Assembly: GCF_006345805.1 (NCBI RefSeq) | Contig: NC_042997.1 | Location: forward strand, 111,786,001-111,850,000 | Direction: 5' to 3' | Length of the DNA stretch: 64,000 bases | Source of the DNA: Octopus sinensis | Taxonomy: Eukaryota | Part shown: positions 1 through 12,860 of the stretch, piece by piece | Layout: each line of letters begins with the position of its first letter | Position numbering within the stretch: the stretch's first letter is position 1 | Translations under genes and position numbers: made by a program | Notes under the pieces: generated by a model | Seen by the model: the letters and a program-made list of their open reading frames with translations, nothing else | Told to the model about the DNA's origin: nothing | The model's database searches: none

Positions 1-2564
1 TTCTCGTCAAGTTTCACCTTGGCATCCATTGAATTCGAGTTACTACGCTTCACTAAAATACCGTGGCTGGCAGCCATGTGGATCTCGGTTTCAGATCGAC
101 TCTGGCAAACCTTTCCACAAACAATGCATCGCTTTTGGTTCAGGAAGTCCTGTAAGTTGAGCTGATGGGTGTCAGTCATATGATTAAGCAGATGAGAAAC
201 AAGACAACCACAAAGGATGCATACTTGAGAGAGAGAACCTTTAGCATAATGTTTCAAGGAAACCCTGTGTTTCTGGAGGCCTTGGCTAGTCCAGAATTTC
301 TTTTCACAAACATCACAGAAAAGAGGAGGGCATGGTTTCTCAAACATAAGTGCAGGCATCTCCACTCTATGGGCGTAGAAGAAGTGAATGCGTAGAGCTT
401 CCCGATCTTTTACATAGCCGCCACACAGCTCACAGATTTCAAACTCACTAACATCGTTAATGGGCTGATTGTTGGAAGGTATTAATTTCTGGTTGGCTAA
501 AGACTTGGCAGTAACTACATTATGGCCTTTGACTTGTTGATGCATGTTGAGTAAATCTTTCACAGGAAGTTGTGTCCGCATCAAGCTTAGGTTCTGATGT
601 CCTTTGTTTGGGTTGAGTAAAGATGTTCCACGGATATTATTTTGGGGCATGCCAGGAGAGAAGTGTTTCATTCCAAGATGGTTCACCATGGGCCGAATTG
701 GAGACTGTTGCTGGAATCGATTCGGTTGCATGTTCCCTCTTGCATTGAAATTTCTTATCTGGTTCCCTGGCACTTGTGGCTGACCTATTTTGGGATGCAC
801 TAAAACAGGAATTCTTTGGTTTACATTCATATTTCCTTGATTCATTGGTTTCGACTGAATAGGAGAAATTTTATTAGCATTGAAGTAGCTGGCTCGATTT
901 GCAGCAGCCTGTTGCTGCTGCAACTTAAACTGAGCCTGCTGCGCTTTGATCTGATTCTGTTTAGCTTTATGCAAAGCAATAGCCTTTAGGGCTTCTTCTT
1001 TTTCGGAGAGGTAGAACACCCCATACAAGCTATAATTGATATCAGTTTCAGGGGACGGCGACAAGTGAGTTTTCATTTCAAAGTTCTTTTCACACTTCCA
1101 CCTGTGCTGCGTTAGTTTACTCTTAGAGTTGTGTTCAAATGGGCAGAGACTACATTGCCAAAAGGCTGGCTTTTCCATACTTCGTCCTTTGATGTTGTGC
1201 TCGGCTTCCATATGAAAATTGAAAGCCAGGTTGTTTCTGGTCAGGAAATCACAATAGGAACAACAAAAGTCTTCTCGTTTGTTAACATGTGGATGTTCAC
1301 GATGCCAAAAGTGGACATTGACCGACTCACTAACAAAATTGCATAATTTGCACTTCCTGTAGCTGAGCTTAAGATGTTTCAGTTTTTCAGCAAGCTCCCT
1401 GCAGGATGTCCGCATCTTGTCCAGTTGAGAACACTCAACATCTGTTAGTTTGCCAGACTGCTGCTTCCGAGACTGAATATGGATGGCTTCTTGATAAACA
1501 GATTGTTTAACAATGTCAAGCCCCAAGTTGTTCAGAAAGTTGGCTAGCGGACCTAGTTTTTCATCAGCCTTCATCAATAGCTCTGCCTTGGCTTTTGCTT
1601 TCAAGATGCGTTGAGCCTTGGTTGACATAGAATGTAGAAGCGTTTCTCTCTTGATAGCCTCAATCTGTTCAACACTGGAATTTGGCAAAGTATCTTTAGA
1701 ATCATCGTTATCGTTGATGTTGAAATTAGAAAAATTAGGTGATGAGCAGAAAGGAGACGTACCTCCTTTTGAAGAATTCATACTGGATTGAGAACTGTTT
1801 AGTGGAGACATCGAAGGTATATGAGGTTTGGGAATTTTAGCCCCAGATAGCGGAGCATAGTTGTTCTGTTGGTTAGCCAGGTTGAAAGACGGCAGCTCAG
1901 GTGGCTGGTGAACCTTACTATGATTGTTGTTAGCACTGAAAGGCCCAGATCGCAGCTGGTTATTGCTGTTTGAAGTGAGAAGAGAATTTGATTGACAATT
2001 TGAAGACTGCAAATGAAGACGAGATCTTTCACAAGGATTTAGATCATTAACTTTCCTTTGATTCTCTTTAGCAACCGATTCAAGGCCGTTGTTTGCCGAG
2101 TTGATCTTCGCTGCAGTATTTAAAACTTCTACTTCGTCGTCGTCGTCAGTGTTCTTATTACTGTTCTCGTTGCTGTCAGTTAATTTAATGACAACTTTTA
2201 GAGGGTCAGTTTCCCCTTTAGAAGGACTATCAGATTTCTTTTCTGCTTTCTCCAACTTCTCACTAGAAGTAATTATAATGTCAGATTCGTCTTCTACAGT
2301 AATCTTATCTACTGGACTTTTGATTTTGCTTAGCTGATTTTCTTTGCTTTCTTCGTTATCAATTTTATCTTCGTTTAAAGGGACATTCTGTTGTTGTTCT
2401 CCCTTAGACTTATTTCTCAAGAAATCAGATTTTTCACCAGGAACTAAATTCTTTCCAACACCGTTCTTCACAGAAGTTTCTAGGTCAGATATGCTGTCGG
2501 CACTTTCTTGGCTGCAATTATTTTTCATTTCTCCAACATCCAGGCTAGTGTTGCAACTTTCCAT
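1..2564 (-). CDS. MEP-1: MEP-1-family C2H2 zinc-finger protein (MOG-interacting and ectopic P-granules protein 1; Mi-2/NuRD-Mec partner); first coding exon, 3'-partial (runs off window)
   Basis: Manual translation from ATG at 2564 (MESCNTSLDVGEMKNN...) is stop-free to position 1. It contains LGPLANFLNNLGLDIVKQSVY, fingers CKLCNFVSESVNVHFWHREHPH, CSYCDFLTRNNLAFNFHMEAEH and CSLCPFEHNSKSKLTQHRWKC, a Q/N-rich linker, then FEICELCGGYVKDREALRIHFFYAH...PPLFCDVCEKKFWTSQGLQKH. This matches the MEP-1 architecture as I recall it. An in-frame TGA lies just upstream (2571-2573). A pyrimidine-rich acceptor (ttttgttccAG) is at 2668-2669. Confidence 0.82.
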   Translation of the reverse strand, partial: MESCNTSLDVGEMKNNCSQESADSISDLETSVKNGVGKNLVPGEKSDFLRNKSKGEQQQNVPLNEDKIDNEESKENQLSKIKSPVDKITVEDESDIIITSSEKLEKAEKKSDSPSKGETDPLKVVIKLTDSNENSNKNTDDDDEVEVLNTAAKINSANNGLESVAKENQRKVNDLNPCERSRLHLQSSNCQSNSLLTSNSNNQLRSGPFSANNNHSKVHQPPELPSFNLANQQNNYAPLSGAKIPKPHIPSMSPLNSSQSSMNSSKGGTSPFCSSPNFSNFNINDNDDSKDTLPNSSVEQIEAIKRETLLHSMSTKAQRILKAKAKAELLMKADEKLGPLANFLNNLGLDIVKQSVYQEAIHIQSRKQQSGKLTDVECSQLDKMRTSCRELAEKLKHLKLSYRKCKLCNFVSESVNVHFWHREHPHVNKREDFCCSYCDFLTRNNLAFNFHMEAEHNIKGRSMEKPAFWQCSLCPFEHNSKSKLTQHRWKCEKNFEMKTHLSPSPETDINYSLYGVFYLSEKEEALKAIALHKAKQNQIKAQQAQFKLQQQQAAANRASYFNANKISPIQSKPMNQGNMNVNQRIPVLVHPKIGQPQVPGNQIRNFNARGNMQPNRFQQQSPIRPMVNHLGMKHFSPGMPQNNIRGTSLLNPNKGHQNLSLMRTQLPVKDLLNMHQQVKGHNVVTAKSLANQKLIPSNNQPINDVSEFEICELCGGYVKDREALRIHFFYAHRVEMPALMFEKPCPPLFCDVCEKKFWTSQGLQKHRVSLKHYAKGSLSQVCILCGCLVSHLLNHMTDTHQLNLQDFLNQKRCIVCGKVCQSRSETEIHMAASHGILVKRSNSNSMDAKVKLDE

Positions 2565-2935
2565 CCCAAATCAATATAGAAGAAGAAAGTTGTGGCAAAT
2601 TAACATGGTTCACAAGACAATCCAAGAAAAGAATGGCAGCAAGTTGGCAGCAAGTACACTTTCCTCACTGGAACAAAAAAAGAGAAAAAATGTCACAAAG
2701 TGTTTAACACAGTCAAGCCCCTAACCCCAATAAATAATTCATAAAAAAAATTAAAATCCTAAGAACAAGGAATAAGAAATGTCAAACAACTTTCAAGTCA
2801 ACAAACTTATTTTGTTCAGCATTATGAAAAATTTGCATTTTGGCTAAAAAAAAAAGGTTAATCCCTTTCTGAGCATATTTCTGTTAAAATATATTCTTTG
2901 TTATTATTAATCTGGTGTTTGGAGCACAAACATAA

Positions 2936-3004
2936 AATTTTTAGCACTTTAACCCTTTTTGTTAGCATATATTTCTGCTGAAAAGGGTTAAAGTGCTAAA
3001 AATT
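2936..3004. repeat. Perfect 24-bp inverted repeat with a TTAA-CCC...GGG-TTAA core (piggyBac-like mini remnant) in the MEP-1 intron
   Basis: Arms 2936-2959 (aatttttagcactttaaccctttt) and 2981-3004 are exact reverse complements, with a 21-nt spacer. Confidence 0.8.
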
Positions 3005-3096
3005 GTTTCAGATAGAATTTAGTAAAATAACTTTGTCATTACCAAATTTTGGTGGAAAATTCTAATTCAGACCACAAGTAAATAAAAAAAAAACTG

Positions 3097-3250
3097 TGCT
3101 GGTGCCACGTAAAAAGCACCCAGTACACTGTGCATCCAGCCGTAGAAACCATGCCAAAGCAGACACTAGAACCTGGTGTGTTCCCAGGCTTTGGCAGCTC
3201 CTTGTCAAACCGTCCAACCCATGCCAACAAGGAAAAACGGACGTTAAAAA
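3097..3250 (+). mobile_element. SINE fragment with RTE-type 3' tail
   Basis: Tail ccgtccaacccatgcc...aaaacggacgttaaa recurs at ~4400-4440 and, reversed, at ~53765-53830. Confidence 0.65.
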
Positions 3251-3525
3251 ATTACCAGGAATTTTGTATTCATAAAACTAAGAGTGGTCTGAGGCAGATT
3301 GGTATCAAGAGTTAAAAATGTCAACTCGGATGTTTTAAATTCCAGAATTTTTGGTGTAGTGTTGGAAGGACCAGTTTCTTAAAACAAAATATTAGTAAAA
3401 ATCTAATCTATTGAAACGAGGGAGGACAGGTGTATAAGATAGAAGTTTCGTTAGAAAGTGCAGTAAACAATGGCTTCAGTAGATTTTTAAATCCAAACAA
3501 ATGACTCGAGATAATCCAGTGTCAT

Positions 3526-3568
<43 letters not shown>

Positions 3569-3569
3569 A

Positions 3570-3760
3570 GAATTTACCAAAAAGAAAAAAACAAAAGACG
3601 AAGACAGGTGGTGTACAAAACAAACAGATGTATTAGTATAACGCACAGGAATAGAAAAAGTCTTTTACGTTTCGAACCTAAGCTCTTCTACAGAAAGGAA
3701 CATAGAAAAAACAAGGAGAGAAAAAAATGTGTATAATGGCTAACGATCTATCATGGCATA
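3570..3760 (-). mobile_element. Penelope-type terminal repeat fragment (same family as 26130-26280 and 54320-54530)
   Basis: Shares the gaagagc..gctcgaaacgtaaaagact...ctaatacat...gtttgt...cttcgtcttttg motif with two other copies; sits next to (TA)n. Confidence 0.55.
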
Positions 3761-5984
3761 TATTATATATATATATAAACACACACATACATATACACAA
3801 TATACTAATTACTGCTATTATCAGTAATAACATGTACATACTGATGTAGTTTTTTGGTTTCACACCCTAAGACAACGTCGGCCATGTTTGCGACGAAGGG
3901 AAACAACTCGTAACATGGTAACAACAAAGTTATTGAAATGAATTCTTAATAAATACTCTATTTTTACAATTAATTAATTAATTACCCATCATTAAACTTC
4001 ACGACCATTTTCACTTGTAATCTATTCAAAGGTAGGATTCGTTGTACAATGGCCAACAGTACTTTAACCCACCCGTGCCATTGCTCAATATACCACAATT
4101 ATTTAACATATATAACTACATTATATTACAAAATATAACACTAAATTAAACAAATTGAATAGTTACAAAAAGAACTTTATAAAATCAGCTGAAAATAAAA
4201 TTCTTAAATACACACAAAAATCTCACACAGTTATTTAAATATACAGAAATGAATTGAAATATAAAATGCAAATGGCATAATTATTCACGAAGTCATACAT
4301 GCATCTTGAGCAAGAGTCTTCTAATTATAGCTTCTGTAGCTTCGAGCTGATCGAGTGGATTTGGTAGACGTTAACTGAAAGAAGCCCAGCTCCTGTCAAA
4401 ACCGTCCAATCCACACCAGCATGAAAAACGGACGTTAAATTATGATGGTGTCTCACCCCTACCTGACAACCGGTGCTGATGTGTTTACATCCCTCTACAC
4501 TGATAGAATAAAAAAAATCTATTACTCGAGTCGATTCATTGACTAAAAATTCTTCGAGGCTGTACTCCAGCATGGCCGTAGTCTAATGAGTGAAACATCT
4601 GTTAATTACTTGTAGGGATTCGACAGTAAACCCTAAAATCAACTCGCTTAAGCTGATAAATACAAGGAACCTGTGAGAATACAATGAGTGTGTTATTAAA
4701 TAAGAATTAAAGAGATTTTACTAGAAATGTTTTGAGTTGTGACTCAATTAAAATTTCCTTTATCATCAAATTGAATGAGAGATGCCAAAAGTGAGGCTGA
4801 TTCAAACTTGAGCTCCATTTAAGTAAAGCTTCTAAAGAAGACACTTTCAAAAACCTGAAGAAGTGAATTAAACCAAAGCCAGAAATTTTAACAACATGCC
4901 TATGATTTAAAAAGAAAATGAACCACAAGAAAAGTGAAGCAACTTTAAAAAAGCTAGAGGCAGTCAACCTTAACATAAGATGCAAAGATAAACGTAACTG
5001 TAGTTTTAATAATGTTTAACAATTTTAAACCTCAAGATTGGGATTCATTTTAACAGCTTCTTAACAGTTTTAGATTTAGAGTGTAGAAACTACAATCTAC
5101 TTTATAGTCAAGAGCAAAAGATATACAAATTTCAAATTAACCAAGCAGCTAGATTTAAGCTAATTCTCTACCACACTATTACATGGAAAAAGATGGGTCT
5201 ATTATTGATGTAGGGCTCAGAGATTCCATATATTTTGGCTTTGGATTCAATGATGATGGTTTTTACAAAGAAGATAGACAAAACAAATGCCATGTAACTT
5301 AGAATGTCTTGTAGTTTACTTATTCTAATATATGCAATGAGATTAAGTAAGCTGATTTAATAAAAAGTCAGTGTTGATCAAGTCTCAATTACTTTGAACA
5401 GTCCTGGTTAAATAATTCAGGCAAAATTGAGCTTCATTATCTTAGAGCAACAGAACATTTGGTCCTCTTAGTTTTTACATTCCTTCAGAAAGGGAGTTTT
5501 ATCAAATTAAAACTGGATGCTTTTCCTACAGTTAAACCACCCCCAAAACTCCACCATGGGGCCCCAATTAAATGACTGAAGTACAACTGGGGTCAACAGT
5601 CTTCTAGCAGAGCCAATGAGCTTCTCTGCAACAGGGAAATACTTCCACCACCAAGCAATGGAATGAAATGAAAAACCTTCACAAAATCCATCAATAACAA
5701 CAGGTTTTTAAATTATAATTTGGCAAAGAAGGAAATGTCCATGAAGATCAACATCATCCAGATTACAAGCTTTGATATGTACAAAGTCTGTTTGTCACCA
5801 GATGACAGGATTTCAAATGGTACCCCAATGTGTAGAGAGTGTGAAGAATCTTCAACATTTTCTCTGAAGTTAAGACTTAGAACACATAAGAGCCATGATT
5901 TAAATTAAAGCAACAGAGCAAACTGGTGGAATATTATTAATTGAATCTTCCTTAACTTTCTTTTGGTAAAAAGATTCGGTAAAG

Positions 5985-6203
5985 CAGTGGTTCTAAACCA
6001 TGTTTTTTTTATCCAGACCCATCTGATTCCTACTTTACTTGGGTGGACACTCATACCCAGTCAATTTAAAAAAAAATCCTATTGTATTTTTGACTGGGAA
6101 TTGTATAAAAAGACAATTGTTAAAATATTTTGAGCATTACACAAATTTTTAACAACAAAATATAATATGAACCACACGGGTTAAAAGGACCCGAGAACCA
6201 CTG
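5985..6203. mobile_element. hAT/Charlie-type MITE
   Basis: TIRs cagtggttct...agaaccactg; degenerate 8-bp TSD cggTAaag / atgTAagg with central TA. Confidence 0.65.
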
Positions 6204-7361
6204 ATGTAAGGAATTTTTAAGGAAATATTTTCAGTAAATAATAATAAATTCTTATTGGTAATTAGATCCAATCTAAAGAATCTTAATGGTTACTTGTGAT
6301 GATAGAGAACCCACCTGTAAAGAGTAAGGTGTTGGTTCCACTAACCATTATACACCTTTTCAGTGGAGTCTTTAGTTTCTGATTACCATCTGACATTCTT
6401 AATCTAATCAATCCAATGCATGTTTTATACAGGATTGATTTGTTATTGATCTCATCACAAATATTTGCAACTGGAAACATCAACTGCTTAAACAGTTATC
6501 ATCAATAATAATGGAAGAGGCAATTATTTACAAGTAAGACACAGACAACATATCTAATCCACACCTTTCCCAACCTACACCTGAAATTAAATACTATTAT
6601 ACACGAATACCTTCGATATAAAATTATTTTGGACGGCACTATCGAAAAAAAAAATATATATAGTATCTGATATGGTTTTCAAATAATTTGGGACATAATG
6701 AAATAATGTCTATTTCCTTGCTTCTGAGGAAAGAGTTGATGGTTTAATTCTTCAACACAAGTGTATGGCAATGTTGAAGTGACCGGCGTGACTACAATTA
6801 TGAAGAAAAAGGGAGAACATTAGTTATTATAATAATAATACAAACACACAAGGCTTTAAATATAAATATAGAACTTGGAGAAAACTAATAACATAAATTA
6901 TTTTAATTAGTTTAATGATTATTGAGCTGATCTTTAAACACTGACCTAAGATTCAACTGAAAGTTTTTGAAACCTATTTTAAGTAAAGCTTAGATTTCTA
7001 AATCTCACAAAAGTGAACAAGAAATATTTTAATTCCTACTTCAAACATTTTTGGATGTTTCGGGGGGAAAATACATCATTTTAACTTCTGTTTTAGAAAA
7101 AAAAAACTTTATTCATTTGGAAGATAACTTACAGACAGAATATAATTTTAAAATGGCATGTTTAAATTTGCTTTTCAATAAACTTAAGTTTGTATTTAAG
7201 CAAAATAATCTGGAGGAGAAAAAAACATTTCAGTAACACGGAAATAGGAACCTAAATTCCAACACAGTTCTTATAATTGAGATGTTATTAAATTCACCAT
7301 GACTTATATAATACAACATTAAACGGTATATCTATTTAGATACATATGTAGGATATAGATT

Positions 7362-7422
<61 letters not shown>

Positions 7423-8355
7423 AGGCGCCAGAAGTGGGTAACGATCGTAGAAGTCTGGGTAGAATTTTTAAAAATGGGAGGGAAAGTCAATAGGAAGAGA
7501 AAAAGAGAGGTGGTTGATGATAATAATCCGATCAGGTACTTGGTGATTAGACATGATATCGAACATGGAAACAATAATCACACATACAACAACAACAAAG
7601 ATAAACTAGAAAATAATAATTAATGATAAATAGATATATATATAAATAACGGTAAACTAACCAATATTGGACGTTCGATTTGTATGGATGGATGTTTTAC
7701 GGAGGAGTTAGAGAAGGAAGAAGGAAGGAATTTGAAGACGAAACCCCATGCGTTTGCACAAAGGGAAAATAAGGAGTTTTATGGCGGGGAGGAGGAAAGA
7801 AGGGAAGAAAAAAAAGAACAGGAAGCAACAGAAGGAAAGAAGAGCAAAGAAAAAAAGAATAGGAGATATTTTAGAGCTACAATAGAGAAATTATTTTAGT
7901 ATTTTTTCCCGCAATTTAACAAACCGGCTCACAACACATTCAATGATGATGGTGGTGGAGGAAGAGGAACAAGAAGAAGAAGAAGAAGGCAAGGTGCTCT
8001 CTGTCTCTCTTTCTGTCTCTTATTTTTTCCACGCGCTGAAGCTGTCTAGAAGAGATTGAATGAAGAAGAGAAGACTAGAGCTAAAGGGAGACAGCAAAGG
8101 GAGACAGACGGAAGGAGACAGCCAAGCTTAACGTTAGAAGGGGAGGAGTGGTGTACCAAGTAGACAGTGTCTGTCTGTGTGTCGCAGCAGTTAACCAACA
8201 CACAGACACACACACGTACACACATTTATATATGTATGTACGTACACACACTACCTCACCAAACACATACGTATACAAATATAATCACACACACATACAT
8301 GCATACACACACACTCACAGATATGAATAGATAATTACATATATAAACATACACA

Positions 8356-8404
<49 letters not shown>

Positions 8405-10473
8405 CATACACATTACTACTACTAGGACACAGAACAATGTCGAAATGTAATTTTCCTTACGAAGTCTACTTAATATAATAAAAAAGACACCGTTTCTACT
8501 GATAGATTCTATACTTTTTCACTTGTTTCGGTCATTTCATGGCATTACCATTAATTTTCAGAGAAATTGTAAGAATTCTGTAAATTATGTTAATCGTTAT
8601 AACTGCGAAAACGTTGAGGGAGTTTGGAGAGAAAAAATAGAAACGATATCGTCTTGATGGAAGCCAAACAAAAACCACGACTGGTTTCACTTATTAATAA
8701 CAGAGTAAATGACCTACAACACTTAGTTACTCTATTCTTTGCTTCAATCATTCAAATGTATTTCCAGTGACTGTCTTCTCTATCAGAAAGTCTTAATGGT
8801 GTTGTGTTCATGCCTTTCTAAGACAAAAACGAATTCCGACAAAAAAATCGGAAGAGAAAACGAAAGAGATCTGAGAGAAAAAAGAAAAAAAGAGAGGCTA
8901 AAATAAAATGGTAAAGCTTAATTAAAGGTGGTTAGCGGTCGATTAAACACTAAAATAATAACGAAGTGGTTTGTATGGAGCTTGCAAGAGATCGTTCTTT
9001 CCATGTTGCAGCCATTAATGACCTCCTCCACTCAATCGAGGATCAACAGTTCTGCAACAGTAATTCACACTTTCACTGTCTCACATCACTCTAGTTTCTT
9101 CTTTATATCTTCCTGAAAAACATGCTGCAAATCTTTCTATGTTAAGTATTTTAGATTACACTAACTTGTTTTTGAAAATACATTTAATATTATAATCTTA
9201 ACTATTATATTTTCTTAATGTTATCACAAGAAAATGCCTGGGATATCTCAAAATAAATTCGTTCCGTAAAACAATAATTTATTATTGTAGTGGCTTCGAT
9301 TGTTTAATAATGAATAGTTGATAAAATGTTACGGACGAGGGGTTGAGAGTAAGAGGTGTAAGACTACAACCGGTAATAAAAATAAGACATGTCATAAGCG
9401 TAATGATATCGTAAACAAGACGAAGATAGGAGGAAGAAATAATACAATGAAGCCGGTCACAGACTTTAAATAGAAATGGTTGTTGTTTTTTTTTTTTAAA
9501 AAAAAAGGAACACATTTGAAGTAAAAGTGAATGAAGAGCAGCAGCACACCTGATTCGGTTATTTATAGCTAGATTGGTACCAGTAAGATCAGTGTGTACT
9601 ATTTTACTACCAACTATACATACTACATCTGTTCCGATATTGGGGGAATAACTACTGTGGCTGTAACATACACACATATATAGTTGAACAGGTAACTAAA
9701 CACACACACACACAAGAGAAACTGAATAGGCAACTACACACACACTGACTGAACAGACGACTACATATACACTTAGCCTAAACAAGCAACCACACATACA
9801 CACGCGGAGTGAACAGTCAAGTACATACACAGGTTGAATAGGCAACTATACATACACATATATACGCACAAAGAGTGAACAGTCAAGTACATCATACACA
9901 CACACAGGTTGAAGAGGCAACCACACACAGCACAAGCAGTCATCTACATACACACACACCAGCGAACACACGAACACAATATATATACATCCGTGCCGCG
10001 CACGCACAGCACAATGAAATTCCTGGCAGTGTATATATTATACACACTCTATATACGCAGTAACTGGCTGTAGAGAAAATGGTAGTAGTAGTAGTAATCG
10101 TAATGGTGGTGGTGTTATACTACTGTAGAGACAGAGGGGAAAAATGGGCAGACGATAGAAATAAACAGTTATTGTTTCATTGTTGATTGAAATGATGTTA
10201 ATGAGGACAAAAATAAACAGGTCAGATAGAACTACCGGTAGAAGCAACAAAACATATATGTGTGTATATATATATATATAATCTCCATGGGCGATACATA
10301 TAACGTATAGCTTGGTGATGATGATGATAGCAATGATGGCGGCTATGATGAAGCATAAAAGACAGAAAGCAAAAATTACTCTCCTTGTTTTATATATAAT
10401 ATTAGGTGATCGGCGAAACTCTGACTAGAGCCAAAGAGTAATCTCAACAATTTACACTCCCTGCTTCTACAGA

Positions 10474-10508
<35 letters not shown>

Positions 10509-12454
10509 TACTGAATGGCTTCTGAAGGGGATCTTATTAAAGAAATCCCCGGTTGAAATGAAACGGAAGTGTATTATTTTATTCAGTCTTAATTTTGTGA
10601 ACTGTGAAATGTTTGTATAGATATATTTCGTCGACACTATGCCAGTGACAAAGCGAAGAAGGAAGAAACCGGCGAGTTTCCCCATAATAATTATTATAAA
10701 TGAGAGAACATATGTGTGTAAATGGTGTGTCCTCTCAACTCAGCTGAAAGCACATTGAATATATGAAGACAGAGGGAGAGAGAGAGAAATGTGTTGTGAC
10801 TGGAGTGGAAATACCTCAATAAATAACGATATTTAAAATCTAAAATAAAACCAGCAGAATGAAATGTGGATGAGATGAGAGAAGGAGAATATCCCTCCTT
10901 TTAAATAAAACATGTGTGCCGGTGGCTTTGATCAATTAGAAGAGGTGGAGGTACTATTTATTGTAACAGGAAAAAAGATGAAGGAGGCGGTGGTGCTTAC
11001 GATGTCTTGCTCTTTCCTGTTAATATTTTATGCATGTAATAGACTTCAGAGTGGATATGATAGGAAGAGAAAAATACGAAGAGACATGACAATGAATGAA
11101 AGATTGATCAGAGAAACGTAAGTGATATTATAGGGTAAATATGAGGGAAAGAGAGACGAATGAGGGAGACTACATAATGAATGAGTGAGAGAGACTACAT
11201 AAGGGACACTATATAGTGATTGAGGTAGACTACGTAGTGTGAGAGAGAGAGAGACAAGTAAAAGAGAGAAAGACTAGATAGACTGAAGGAAGGAATAAGA
11301 TATTGAATGAGAGATAATAGAGATAGATTAAAATGAACAGACATACTACACAATGAATGTGTGTGTATGTATATATATGTGTGTGTGTGTGTGTGGTGTG
11401 TATATATATATATAGATAGATAGATAGATATATACATATATATGGAGAAAGAGTGATATATTTGTACACAGAAACAATGGAGATCACAGGATATATATAT
11501 ATCCATGTGTATATATATATGTGTGTGTGTATGAATGGATGTGTGCGTGTGTGTGTAGAGGAAAGAGAGGCTACACAGTAACTAGAGACGAACAGACAGA
11601 CATTGAGTGAGGTTGTTTTTTTTTTTGTTTCTATCAACTTCGGGGGGAAAAAAAATCACAATTTTTAGATTTAATTAGATTTATGAATTATCTAACAAAC
11701 AATATAAGAAGTCGAAGAATAAATATCAATAAAAATAACCAATGAACAAATTAAAAGAACGAGAGAAAAAAGGACAAACTAAAACTATATATACACACAC
11801 GAGTGTATATATGTGTATACGAGTGTATGCGTATTTACGTATATGTGTGCATATATTTATGTATATATGCATGTATAAAAATGTGTATATATACATATAT
11901 CTATATATACACACACACACATATATATATAGATGTATATGTGTGTATATATATGCGAGTGTATATACGGGCTGGGGAAATATACACACAACGCTATCAG
12001 CCCCCCCCCCATTCTGGCCGATAAAACTCAAATATTAAAGTCAATCAAAAATTATTTCTTTTGGCGCTGAAAAATCTCACTTATTGTCTTTAAATACATA
12101 TTAACCTGTTCCGTGTGTATACACATGTATATATATATATATACATACATCTACCGTATATATAAATGTATGGATGTCGAAATCATACGAGATCATGCTT
12201 TCTTTCAGCCACTGCCTTTATCTCTCTCTCTCACACACACGATATAAACATATATATACTGAGATACATATATACATACATGTATATATATGTATGTATG
12301 TATATATATAATGTCCCCCTCTCACAGCAGTTAGGCTTAACAAACGAACAAGTGAACGAGCGAGCGGTTTTAATATCGGATCTTTTTCACTTCACCGGTC
12401 TCTTAACAATTTTTACTAAAATACATCAGGATGATCCCGTATTAGGGTCCTTAC

Positions 12455-12860
12455 CTGGGCGAGAACCCGCTGATGTTGTCCTTGCCTGTGTGTCTTAATA
12501 ATCCGTCGAGTGGCGGGCTGGGGTCGATGGCGATACTAAAAGCCTCTCTCTCTCTCTCTAAACACACTTTTTACTCCACCTCAGCCGTGGCCGATAACTC
12601 TCTGATACTCACTCTCACTCTCACTCCCCCTCTCTATATATACACACATTTCCCTCTTTCACTCTCTATCCCTCTCTCTTTCTCTCTGTCTCTGACACAC
12701 ACACATACACACACAAAGGCGCTTCCTGTCTTCAAGATGGCGGAGACCGGATCACGTGATATTTCGGCAATTGACGTAATATTTTCCAACCTTCCTGCAT
12801 AATAATTAGGTCGGTGATCATCGACCAATAGGAAGGCGAGTATGCAAATTAAGTTTTAGA
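12455..12860 (-). promoter_or_regulatory. Probable promoter and non-coding first exon of MEP-1 (possibly bidirectional)
   Basis: Local CpG enrichment. Minus-strand donor CAG|GTAAGG at 12455/12454. ETS cttcctg 12722-12728, YY1 CAAGATGGCGG 12733-12743, E-box CACGTG ~12753, CCAAT 12825-12829, octamer ATGCAAAT 12842-12849. Confidence 0.5.

Noticed and set aside
6611-6791. Candidate additional 5' UTR exons of MEP-1 (6611-6638 or 6611-6791; also ~7662 and ~9112)
   Set aside because: Splice-like strings are common in AT-rich DNA and cannot be supported without transcript data.
12445-12465. cttacctgg resembling the 5' end of U1 snRNA
   Set aside because: The downstream sequence does not follow U1. 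It is simply the reverse complement of a splice donor.
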